This document shows positions 19,619 through 28,025 of a DNA stretch of 64,000 nt, in pieces. This stretch comes from Beijerinckiaceae bacterium. GTDB lineage: Bacteria; Pseudomonadota; Alphaproteobacteria; Rhizobiales; Beijerinckiaceae. Within the stretch, counting starts at the first letter, position 1, and the number at the start of each line of letters is the position of its first letter. Both the position numbers and the translations under genes were made by a program. The stretch lies in NCBI GenBank assembly GCA_004298435.1, contig SCSF01000072.1, positions 3,271-67,270 on the forward strand, read 5' to 3'. Under the pieces are notes generated by a model that was given only the letters and a program-made list of their open reading frames with translations, ran no database searches and had not been told where the DNA came from.

Positions 19619-19879
19619 TTATTTCCCCGGCGCGCTTCGACGGATCAACGCGTCGCGCAGCTGATGCGGCGTGGGTAGGGAGGAGAACAGGAGCTCGCCA
19701 TCAACGACCACTGCTGGGAGGGTCAGCACGCCGAGTTCGACCGCGTGATCCAGATCCTTGAGCACATTCAGTTCGTGCCATTCGATGCCCGTGACCGTTC
19801 GTTCTGCGACGGCCTTGAGACCCTCTCGCGCGGCAGCGCATTGAGTGCAACCTGGAGAATAAAACAATTCGATTTTCAT
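19619..19879 (-). CDS. Small thioredoxin/glutaredoxin-fold protein
   Basis: FYSPGCTQC CxxC; LPAVVVDG cis-Pro region. Confidence 0.85.
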   Translation of the reverse strand: MKIELFYSPGCTQCAAAREGLKAVAERTVTGIEWHELNVLKDLDHAVELGVLTLPAVVVDGELLFSSLPTPHQLRDALIRRSAPGK

Positions 19880-19882
19880 GAT

Positions 19883-20302
19883 TCAGTGAGCCTGCCTCGT
19901 CACGTCGGCTTGGTCCAAGGCCGCCAAAATCGTGCATTCCTCGACCGGATGCGTTTCATTGGCGCAATCGGCAATGAGGTAATCGAGCGCCTTGGACATG
20001 GACTTCATCGCGCGGATTTTGTGTTCGAGTTGAAGTTTCTTTTCGATCGCGTGCTTGCGAACATCACCGCAACAGGCGGCATCGCGGCTCCGCAGGATGA
20101 GAAGCTCGCGGATTTCCGCAAGCGTGAAACCGCAATGCTGGGCCTGCTTGATGAAGTGGATACGCCGCGCGGAATCCTTGTCATAGAGCCGGTAGCCGCT
20201 TTCACTCCTATCGGCCGGATCGATCAATTTTTCCCGCTCGTAGTAGCGCAGTGTGTCGACGCTGACTTCCGCCAGTGCCGCGAGTTTGCCGATCGTCAAC
20301 AT
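19883..20302 (-). CDS. MerR-family metal sensor, ZntR/CadR type
   Basis: MerR HTH (TIGKLA..DTLRYYE); C77/C78, C113, H118, C123 reproduce the ZntR ligand spacing. Confidence 0.9.
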   Translation of the reverse strand: MLTIGKLAALAEVSVDTLRYYEREKLIDPADRSESGYRLYDKDSARRIHFIKQAQHCGFTLAEIRELLILRSRDAACCGDVRKHAIEKKLQLEHKIRAMKSMSKALDYLIADCANETHPVEECTILAALDQADVTRQAH

Positions 20303-20318
20303 ACCTACCTCCTAGTCG

Positions 20319-20350
20319 ACCCTAGACCCTGAAGTATACTCCAGGGTCAA
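20319..20350 (-). promoter_or_regulatory. MerR-type promoter with 20-bp spacer and ZntR-like operator
   Basis: Minus strand TTGACC-N20-TAGGGT; 22-bp near-perfect palindrome ACCCTGGAGTATACTTCAGGGT at 20326-20347. Confidence 0.85.
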
Positions 20351-20384
20351 GCGCGTCGTACGGGATATCGGGCCGCCTGCCGCG

Positions 20385-21653
20385 CTAGGATTTCGATCGG
20401 ACGTCCGCGCCAGCCTGAGTCACCCCGGCGGCGGATGGAACCGCTTGGGACGGAACCTCGGAACGGAACAAGGCGAAGGACAACACCGCGAGGATCAGCT
20501 CAATGACTGCAAACAGTCCAAACGCGACCCCAAAACCGAACCGAAGCAGCGCGCCGAAGATGAGGCTTCCGAGACCGAAGCCGACAAAGAGCGTGAAGAC
20601 GTTCAAGCCCATTGCCTGCCCGGCGCGTTTGCCGCCGAGGGAGGTGACGATTCCCCCGAAGAGCGGCTGGGTCATGTCGTAGCCCAGGGACAGGACCATC
20701 GCGACGACGGGGGCGAGGATCATCGGAAAGCCGAGCAGCAGAGCGGCCGCCGCGACGGCGCTCAGAACGAGGCCAATCGGTATCAATCGGGCGCGGCCCC
20801 AGCGATCGGCCGCTCGGCCGATCACCGGCCCGAACAGGAAGCCCGGCACGCCATAGCCGAGGAGGGCCAAGCCGATACCGACGGGTCCAATGCCGTATTG
20901 CCGCTCGAAATACACGCCGAGCCAGGTGAACACGCCGGAATGGAACATGGAGTTGACCAGGACATAGCCGTAGGTGCGCTGCCCGCGCGGTGTGCCAAGC
21001 AGATCCTTGTAGCTACGAAAGAGGTCCCGCAGCGTGCCTGTCACCGGCTGAACCGCGGCGGCAATGACAGCTCGATAAGGCAGGAGAACCAGGAGGAGCA
21101 CCGCACCGGCCGCGCCGACAGCGACGAACAGACCTTGCCAGCCGACGAACGGCACGATCATCGCGCCCAGCGGTGAACCGAACGCCATGCCGCCGGCCAT
21201 CGCGCCGAACAGCCAGCCAAGCGGTCGGCCCCGCTGTTCGTAGGGATAGAGTCGGCCCACCAGCGCCAACGCGAGCGGAACCACGCCGCCTGCGCCGATC
21301 CCGGTCGCCATCCGCCACAGCGCCAGCTGTTCAATGGAGTGCGCTGTTGCGGTCAGGATCGTGAGCGCCGCGAACGCCGCGAGGGACGTAAACATCACGC
21401 GGTGGATGCCGAGCCGATCCGCCAGAAGGCCATACGCGAGGGTCGCGATTCCATAGGGGATCAAGTATGCCGGCACGATGAGCCCGACCGTCTCTACCGA
21501 CGTTCCGAACGTATTCGACAGCGCCGGTATGATCGGCGCCACCATGTAGGCTTGGAAAAAGATGATGAAGGTTGCCGCCGCGAGCATCCTGAGGAGCCGC
21601 TCGCGCTGGCGCTCGCCGATCGCCGCCGGCATCGTTTGCTGAACTTCAGTCAT
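20385..21653 (-). CDS. MFS transporter
   Basis: 12 hydrophobic segments; GLLADRLG and GRAADRWGR motif A. Confidence 0.92.
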   Translation of the reverse strand: MTEVQQTMPAAIGERQRERLLRMLAAATFIIFFQAYMVAPIIPALSNTFGTSVETVGLIVPAYLIPYGIATLAYGLLADRLGIHRVMFTSLAAFAALTILTATAHSIEQLALWRMATGIGAGGVVPLALALVGRLYPYEQRGRPLGWLFGAMAGGMAFGSPLGAMIVPFVGWQGLFVAVGAAGAVLLLVLLPYRAVIAAAVQPVTGTLRDLFRSYKDLLGTPRGQRTYGYVLVNSMFHSGVFTWLGVYFERQYGIGPVGIGLALLGYGVPGFLFGPVIGRAADRWGRARLIPIGLVLSAVAAAALLLGFPMILAPVVAMVLSLGYDMTQPLFGGIVTSLGGKRAGQAMGLNVFTLFVGFGLGSLIFGALLRFGFGVAFGLFAVIELILAVLSFALFRSEVPSQAVPSAAGVTQAGADVRSKS

Positions 21654-21666
21654 TTCATTCCCTTAC

Positions 21667-24132
21667 TCAGACCGCCTGCACTGACGCGGACGCGATCGGG
21701 CGCCCCACGCTGCGGATCGCGTCGAAAAAGAGCCGCGGGCTGCCCCACAGCGAGTTGAAGAAGATCGCCGTGACGCTCACCGCCATTGCAACCATCGCCC
21801 ATATCGGGTGGATCAGGCCGGTGGCGGCGAGCGGAATGCCGGCGCCGTTGAAGAGGAAGGCCAGCACGACGTTTTGAACCATCTTCCCATAGCTCCGGCG
21901 GCTGATGTCACGGGCGATGGGGAGCGCAGCCAAGCGGTTCGACAGGATGATGATGTCCGCCGCCTCGATCGCGATATCGGTGCCGCCGCCCATGGCGATG
22001 CCGATATCGGCTTGCATGAGCGCCGGCGCGTCGTTGATGCCGTCGCCGACCATCGCCACGCGGGCCTTGGCTTGCATCTCCCGCACGATCCCGGCCTTGT
22101 CCTGCGGCAGCACGCCCGAATGCACCTGGTCAACACCGACCTCGCGCCCGACCCGTTGCGCCGCACGGTCGTTGTCGCCCGTGACCAGGATCGTCTTGAG
22201 ACCGGCATTGCGCAGTGCCGCGACAGTCGAGATGGCGTCGGGTCGGAGCGTATCGCCCAAAGCGACGACACCCAGCGCGACCCCATCCCGCGCGACGGCG
22301 ATCACGGTGCGTCCTTTGGCTTCGAGAGCTTCGATGGTGTTGTGAAGATGTGTGAGGTCGATGTTTCGGCTGGTAAGAAACCGCGGGCTTCCGACAAGAA
22401 CCTCGCCGGCGTCGATGCGCGCGACGACACCCTTTCCAGGGAACGCCTCGAATGATGTGACATCCGGCGGCGTCGCACCGCGCTCGAACGCCGCCTTGAC
22501 CACGGCCTGGGCGAGCGGGTGCTCCGAAGACGCTTCGGCGGCGGCAGCAATTGCGAGAAGCTCCGTCTCCCTTACCTCGACGGCTTCGATCTCACGCACG
22601 ACGGGGCGGCCCTCGGTGAGCGTGCCCGTCTTGTCGAACACGATTTGTTTCACCGTGCGGAAGCCCTGGAAGGCTTCGCCCGTCCGCATCAGGATGCCGT
22701 GCTCGGCGGCCTGGCCGGCGCCGCGCACGATGGAGAGCGGCGCCGAGATGCCGACGGCACAGGGATAGCCCATCACGAGCACGCTGAGGCCGGCGAAGAC
22801 CGCGCGTTCAACGTCAATCTGTCCGGTGCCGAGCCAGGAGCCGACGAGCCAGCCAATGACCGCAAGGGCGGCGATCCCAAGGACGGTCGGGGTATAGACC
22901 CGCAGCACGCGGTCGACGAGATGGAGGAGGCCTGGCTTCAGTGCCCGCGCGTCCTCGACATGGCGGATCACCTGGTGCAGGAAGCTGCCTTCGCCGACCG
23001 CCGTGATCGTCACCAGGAGCGTGCCGGTGCCGTTGATCGAGCCGCCGATGACCGCATCGCCCTCGGTCTTTTCGACCGGAATCGACTCGCCGGTCACCAA
23101 CGATTGATCGACCCCCGAGCGACCGCTCACGACCGTGCCATCGACAGGCACCCGCTCGCCTGGGCGAATGCGCACGAGGTCGCCAACTTTGACGTCCTCG
23201 ATCGGCACTTCGACCTCCGCGGTCCCACGCACGACGCAGGCGGTCTCCGGCTGCAGATCGAGGAGACGCTTCACCGCCTGCGAACTCCGTGTCTTGACGA
23301 TGAGCGACAGCCACTCCGAGAAGATGTGGTACGTGCCGACCATCACCGAGACCGCGAAGAACGGCGCGGTCGGATAGCCAGGCCGGTTGAGCACGAGCCC
23401 TATGATGCCGCCGGCCATGCCCGCGAACGCGCCGATCTCGAGCAGCACATGCTGGTTGATAATGCCGCGCCGAAGTGCCTGGAAGGCCATGTGGAGGATG
23501 TGCCGCCCGATGCCGAATATGAGGACAACGGCCAGGGCACCAGCGAGCCATGGCGCGACCCCGGTCAAATATCCCTCCAGATTGAGATAGAGCAAGGAGA
23601 GCGCCATGACGACGAGGCCCGAGAAGGCCCCAATAGCCACCCACAACCCGGTCGAGCGCAGGACCAGGAAGACGAACCCGCCCAGGCTCAGGCACACCAG
23701 CGCCGGCAGAAAGCCGATCCAGCCCACCTGGGGATCCGCGATGATCGGGATGGAGGCAACGCTGAGCACGACGGCGAGGACGAAGCGCCGGGCCTCACGC
23801 ACGAGATCGCGCTCTTCTTCTTCGAACCCCCTGAGCTTGCGGGGGTCGGAGATGGTGTAGCCGATGTCACGGAGGGTCTGCAGCAACTCCTCAGGGCGGG
23901 CGATGGCCGGGTCGTATTCGACGAGCGCCTGCTCGTGCGTCAGACTCACTGCCACCTTGTCGACGCCGGGCATTCGCCCGAGTGCCTTCTCGATGGTGCC
24001 GGTGCAGAGGGAGCAATGGAGCCCACCGATCCGCGCCCGGATCTTCCGACGGTCAGCCCTGGTCGAGGGCTCTTCGCTCCACGGCCGGAACGAGGATGGA
24101 ACTGTTGTCGCGACACGCATCGTCATCTCCAT
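21667..24132 (-). CDS. Heavy-metal P1B-type ATPase with non-canonical YPC motif
   Basis: HMA GLHCSLC, TGES, DKTGT, SEHP, GDGINDAPAL; TM6 GYPCAVGIS. Confidence 0.93.
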   Translation of the reverse strand: MEMTMRVATTVPSSFRPWSEEPSTRADRRKIRARIGGLHCSLCTGTIEKALGRMPGVDKVAVSLTHEQALVEYDPAIARPEELLQTLRDIGYTISDPRKLRGFEEEERDLVREARRFVLAVVLSVASIPIIADPQVGWIGFLPALVCLSLGGFVFLVLRSTGLWVAIGAFSGLVVMALSLLYLNLEGYLTGVAPWLAGALAVVLIFGIGRHILHMAFQALRRGIINQHVLLEIGAFAGMAGGIIGLVLNRPGYPTAPFFAVSVMVGTYHIFSEWLSLIVKTRSSQAVKRLLDLQPETACVVRGTAEVEVPIEDVKVGDLVRIRPGERVPVDGTVVSGRSGVDQSLVTGESIPVEKTEGDAVIGGSINGTGTLLVTITAVGEGSFLHQVIRHVEDARALKPGLLHLVDRVLRVYTPTVLGIAALAVIGWLVGSWLGTGQIDVERAVFAGLSVLVMGYPCAVGISAPLSIVRGAGQAAEHGILMRTGEAFQGFRTVKQIVFDKTGTLTEGRPVVREIEAVEVRETELLAIAAAAEASSEHPLAQAVVKAAFERGATPPDVTSFEAFPGKGVVARIDAGEVLVGSPRFLTSRNIDLTHLHNTIEALEAKGRTVIAVARDGVALGVVALGDTLRPDAISTVAALRNAGLKTILVTGDNDRAAQRVGREVGVDQVHSGVLPQDKAGIVREMQAKARVAMVGDGINDAPALMQADIGIAMGGGTDIAIEAADIIILSNRLAALPIARDISRRSYGKMVQNVVLAFLFNGAGIPLAATGLIHPIWAMVAMAVSVTAIFFNSLWGSPRLFFDAIRSVGRPIASASVQAV

Positions 24133-24210
24133 TCATCGCAGTTATCGACCCAGTGTCTGGACCCCGCGACGCGCTTTCTGGTTGAACCCACGCTCATGCG
24201 CTGAATTCGA

Positions 24211-24426
24211 TCAGTGCCGACCCGCGACGCGAAAGCCGGGCTTTTGGATCGCCGCCACGAGGCGATCCTCGCCGGTACTTTGCGGGTCATAGAGGATGCG
24301 GGCTTGACCTTCTTCGAACGAGACCGTTGCCATCTGCACGCCTGGCTCACTTTCGACCAGGGTCTTGATGGTATTGGCGCAGCCATCACAGTTCATGCCT
24401 TCGATCTTGAAAGTTGCCGTTTTCAT
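24211..24426 (-). CDS. HMA-domain metallochaperone (CopZ-like)
   Basis: IEGMNCDGC motif; 71 aa; GGAG RBS. Confidence 0.9.
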   Translation of the reverse strand: MKTATFKIEGMNCDGCANTIKTLVESEPGVQMATVSFEEGQARILYDPQSTGEDRLVAAIQKPGFRVAGRH

Positions 24427-24624
24427 ATTTTGCTCCATTACAGGTACTATCGGCATAGCCAGATAGCTTTCTCCACTGTTTGCGTCCGAGTGTATCTGCT
24501 CAATCTTCACGTGAGGGGCACACTCGGTAACTTGCGGCGCATGGCGCTGCGGCAAGTGAGCCTCCGGTGGCGTTAGGACCTGAGAACACTTGACCTCACA
24601 GCATGGCCATACCGCGACAGTTCA

Positions 24625-24656
24625 ACGCTAGGCCTTGGAGTTAACTCCAGAGTCAA
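24625..24656 (-). promoter_or_regulatory. Second MerR-type 20-bp-spacer promoter/operator
   Basis: Minus strand TTGACT-N20-TAGCGT with dyad GGAGTTAACTCC in the spacer. Confidence 0.8.
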
Positions 24657-24824
24657 GCGGATTCCGCCACGTCTCGGCGAGCCTGATGATGGCGGTTGTT
24701 GCCGCGCTGCGAGCAGAGCTGAAACTGAGATCCTGCGCGTTCACGAAGGCTTGGTGAGTATTTTCGGCAGAAGACGGTCTCGATCGGCAATAATCGGTTG
24801 AGTATCAAGAGCGGCCATTCGACT

Positions 24825-25058
24825 AGGGAGCGGCAGGCCACTGGGGTTGAAGATGCGGGTCTCGGTGCCGAAGGCTTCAAGAAGGCGCGCGGCCTCCTGG
24901 GCCTGCAGCCGGCTGAAAGACCGCTCGCGCAGAAAGCCGTACAGCAACAGGATGCGCGGTGGGTGCGTCGGCGCGTGCGGCAGTAGCGCAGCCGTCGTCG
25001 GACGTTCGAAAGCATCAGGCTCGATGTTCGGCACATCCACCAAGTCAGGCGCCTGCAT
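24825..25058 (-). pseudogene. arsH: 5' fragment of ArsH (NADPH-dependent FMN reductase)
   Basis: PNIEPDAF...THPPRILLLYGFLRERSFSR...EAARLLEAFGTETRIFNPSGLPLP, then similarity stops. Confidence 0.8.
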
Positions 25059-25940
25059 CAACGCGCCTCTTTGACGATACGCGGTGCTACTTGGCCGCCA
25101 AGTCGGGTTCGTCCCTGAACGCTGGGTCTGCGAGCGCAGCTTCGTAGGCGAGTTTGGCCGATTGCTCGTCGCCGAGCGCGGAGAAGGCGTTTCCGATCGT
25201 GTAGTGCAAGCTGCCGGCATGGTGGCGGCCGCCGTCGAGCTTGGATCGAAAGTAGCCGATCGCCTCCTCAATCCGTTGCGGGTGTTGGCTCATACTCGGC
25301 ATCCCGAGGTTGATCTCGGCCATGTAGCAGGGACCCATCGAGTCGCTACTGGCGCCGAGCGCTGCCCCAAATTTGTCGAACCCGGCGCTGATCACTTCGT
25401 CAGCACCTTGTTCGTAGAGCCGCCTCAAGATCTGGCCAGCCCGCTCCGGATCCTCCGGGACATGGACATCTGGAGCAGCCCTCAGAACCTGCCGGGGCAG
25501 ATCCGCCGGGCTCGCGCCGGATTGTTCGATCCGTCGCTCGCGCGAAGACCTCGCCCCCGATTGCGCGAGTGCCGCGAGCCGGACGAGGCGCCCGATGGTC
25601 AACTCCTCGACGAAGGAGACCGTCAGCGATTGCTGCTCGGTCCACGTCTTCCCGCTGTGTTCGTACTGGCGAAGGACGCTGTCGACGGGGCAGATGCGCA
25701 GCGAGCCTGTCGGCACATGATAGCAGGCGTAGAAGCTGTACCCCTGCATCAGCAGATAGTTCAGGTTGGTGCGACGCATCTCAACGCTGAGCGACCCGTC
25801 CGCATTTAGCGCCCGCTCCGTTCCCTTCCCTTAAGTTGGACCTGGACCCTGACATTCGTGGCCCGACCGTCGTCGATCTGGACTTACCCGGAAAAAATGG
25901 AGGGACTTTCTGCTAGCGTTTAACGCGACAGGAGGACCCG

Positions 25941-26231
25941 ATGGGCAAGCAGGAACGACGGATTTTCACGGAGGATTTCAAGAAGGAAGCGGTGCGCCTA
26001 TGCGAAACGAGCGGCCGCACAATCTCACAAGTCGCCGATGATCTGGGGATCGGGCTATCGACGCTGACACGGTGGAAGAGACGTTATCGGGAAGCCGACC
26101 TACTGGCCGGTCCGCATGAGGATACAACCAAGGAACTGACACGACTGCGCAAAGAGAACGAACTGCTTCGCCAGGAGCGTGAGATTTTGAAGCGGGCCGC
26201 AACTTTTTTCGCCAAGGAGGGAAGTCGATGA
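25941..26231 (+). CDS. IS3 OrfA (HTH)
   Basis: FTEDFKKEAVRL...QVADDLGIGLSTLTRW; coiled-coil tail. Confidence 0.93.
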   Translation: MGKQERRIFTEDFKKEAVRLCETSGRTISQVADDLGIGLSTLTRWKRRYREADLLAGPHEDTTKELTRLRKENELLRQEREILKRAATFFAKEGSR

Positions 26232-27094
26232 GATTCAAGCTCATTGATGAGGCGAAGAAGGAATTCCCCGTGCATCGTCTATGCAGTGTCCTTGACGTCA
26301 GCGAGAGCGGGTATTTTGCTTGGAAGAGGCGGCCTGCCAGCCGCCGGCAAAATGAAGATCTGGTGCTGCTGGCGCACATCCGCTCGCAGTTCTCAATGTC
26401 CAACGAGACTTACGGCGCGCCACGCATGCACGTCGAGCTCAAAGAAGACGGCCTCGCTATTGGCCGTCACCGCGTTGCCCGCTTGATGCGCGACAATGGC
26501 CTGAAGGCACTACAAAAGCGGCGCTACAAGAAAACAACGGACAGCGGCCATGCCAGCCCAGTCGCCGCCAACCTGCTGGATCAGGACTTTATATGCGATA
26601 GAACCGATCAAAAATGGGGCGTCGATATCAGCTATATCTGGACGGCCGAAGGCTGGCTCTACTTGGCAATCGTGCTTGATCTCCATTCCCGGCGCATCAT
26701 CGGATGGGCGACGAGCAACAGGTTGAAGAAAGACCTGGCGCTGAATGCCCTGCGGCGAGCGATTGCGTTACGCCAGCCGCGGCCAGGCCTGATTCATCAT
26801 TCCGACCGCGGAAGTCAGTACTGTTCTCATGATTACCAGAAACTATTGAAGGCGCACGGTATGACGGTCTCGATGAGCGGCAAGGGTAATTGCTTTGACA
26901 ATGCCATGGTCGAAACCGTGTTCAAGACGATCAAAAACGAGTTGGTCTGGAGAACGATCTTCCAGACTCGCACAGCCGCCGAACGGGCCCTTGGCCGATA
27001 CATCGACGGCTTCTACAATCCTCGCCGGCGACACTCCGCATTGGGGTATAAATCGCCGACGGCATTCGAGGCCGAAATGGCCATCACAGAGTGA
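26228..27094 (+). CDS. IS3 OrfB DDE transposase
   Basis: WGVDISYI, HHSDRGSQY, CFDNAMVETVF; lies in the -1 frame relative to orfA. Confidence 0.95.
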   Translation: MRFKLIDEAKKEFPVHRLCSVLDVSESGYFAWKRRPASRRQNEDLVLLAHIRSQFSMSNETYGAPRMHVELKEDGLAIGRHRVARLMRDNGLKALQKRRYKKTTDSGHASPVAANLLDQDFICDRTDQKWGVDISYIWTAEGWLYLAIVLDLHSRRIIGWATSNRLKKDLALNALRRAIALRQPRPGLIHHSDRGSQYCSHDYQKLLKAHGMTVSMSGKGNCFDNAMVETVFKTIKNELVWRTIFQTRTAAERALGRYIDGFYNPRRRHSALGYKSPTAFEAEMAITE

Positions 27095-27439
27095 AAGCCT
27101 CTCCACTAAAGCCGGGTAAGTCCAATCACCTCGAGCTGACAGTCTGTTCCGTAGTCCTTGCGGTCTGCACCTTGAAGGATGAAGACGTGGTGTGAGGCTG
27201 GTTACCAAACTTAGGAATCGCGGAAAATCCCGCCTGACCGATGAACACCATGGGCAGCGCGGCTTTGCGTGCGAGCGCTAGCGCGTCACGCCAGTCCTCG
27301 TTGGGAATCTCCTCCAGGCCTTTGATGATACCGGCCGCACGCTCAAAGGATGGATGGGACAAGCAACGCCCTCAGGCGCAACCGTAAAGACGCGCCGCGA
27401 TGTACGGCGCCAGCAAGCGCCAATCTCTTATGAGAGAGA

Positions 27440-27516
27440 TGGCGCGCCCGACACGATTCGAACGTGTGGCCTCCACCTTCGGAGGGTGGCGCTCTATCCA
27501 GCTGAGCTACGGGCGC
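27440..27516 (-). tRNA. tRNA-Arg(CCG), complete, with encoded CCA
   Basis: GCGCCCGTAGCTCAGCTGGATAGAGCGCCACCCTCCGAAGGTGGAGGCCACACGTTCGAATCGTGTCGGGCGCGCCA folds into a full cloverleaf. Confidence 0.97.
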
Positions 27517-27525
27517 ATCTCTCAT

Positions 27526-27555
27526 TGCCTAGTCCGACCAACCTCTGGAGGTCAA
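27526..27555 (-). promoter_or_regulatory. Putative promoter of the complete tRNA-Arg
   Basis: TTGACC-N18-TAGGCA ending 9 nt before the mature 5' end. Confidence 0.5.
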
Positions 27556-27777
27556 CGGATTTGGACACCTTCAATCGAGCCTTTCGATCCAAACGCATGT
27601 CGTGATGTGCTGGTGCATCCTACGCTACGCGCTTTTCCGCTGCCGTTCTCCGAAAGCTGCTTACGCCGTGCTTACGCGAAACATCTTCAAGAAACGGCAG
27701 CTCGTCTACAGGCTCTCAACTCATTGAAACTCGTTGCCTTCTTCCACCTCTATCCAACACAGACACACTTGACATCA

Positions 27778-27819
<42 letters not shown>

Positions 27820-27855
27820 AAAGGCGGGCGGAAGCCTCACCTGGATGATGCGGCC

Positions 27856-27884
27856 GTTCTAGCCGATCCATTGCGCCTCGGCAA
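27856..27884 (-). promoter_or_regulatory. Putative host sigma70 tRNA promoter
   Basis: TTGCCG-N17-TAGAAC followed by GC-rich discriminator GGCCGC. Confidence 0.65.
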
Positions 27885-28025
27885 TGCACACGAGGACCAC
27901 CGCCGCAGCGGGCGCTGCCCTCAAGGGGCCGCCCGGCGCGATCCGATCATTTCCGAGGCTGGCACCCCGATTGCGCCCGGGCCGTGTGGGCCGCCGGCGT
28001 CAACCGGGCGTGGAGAGATGTTAAA

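Larger units (their letters stand above)
25879..27124 (+). mobile_element. IS3-family insertion sequence, 1246 bp
   Basis: TG...CA ends; IRL TGGACTTACCCGGAAAAAATGGAGGGACTTTC vs IRR (rc) TGGACTTACCCGGCTTTAGTGGAGAGGCTTTC; 3-bp target duplication ATC. Confidence 0.95.
25087..27186 (-). pseudogene. DUF4365-like nuclease + TPR gene remnant, split by IS3 and frameshifted
   Basis: Removing the IS and one ATC copy joins VFILQGADRKDYGTDCQLEVI to DDGRATNVRVQVQLKG. Removing one TTCCC copy (25821-25830) joins this to TERALNADGSLSVE...LHYTIGNAFSALG. Confidence 0.7.
1..27777. mobile_element. Distal part of an integrative conjugative element (Tn4371/ICEMlSym-like trb-type T4SS) with cargo; left end and integrase lie outside the window
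   Basis: Contiguous repA-parA-traF-relaxase-traG-trbB..I backbone, visibly more GC-rich than the host part. Cargo follows, then a truncated tRNA-Arg at 27778-27819 taken as the boundary. Confidence 0.85.

Noticed and set aside
24427-24555. N-terminal extension of the HMA protein from ATG 24555
   Set aside because: No family-like sequence; a GGAG RBS supports the start at 24426
27126-27362. 78-aa minus-strand ORF as an intact gene
   Set aside because: Its 3' part overlaps the nuclease remnant in another frame; the N-terminal part is unrecognised, so it is not called
27440-27516. Full tRNA as a chimera of foreign 5' half and host 3' half
   Set aside because: Its 3' strands (GGTGG, CGGGCGC) pair with its own 5' strands and mispair with the host fragment's CTGCC and GCACCCG
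27517-27777. Group I intron or split-tRNA explanation for the two tRNA-Arg pieces
   Set aside because: The downstream copy is a complete gene with its own 5' half, not a 3' exon, and the break is not at a typical intron position
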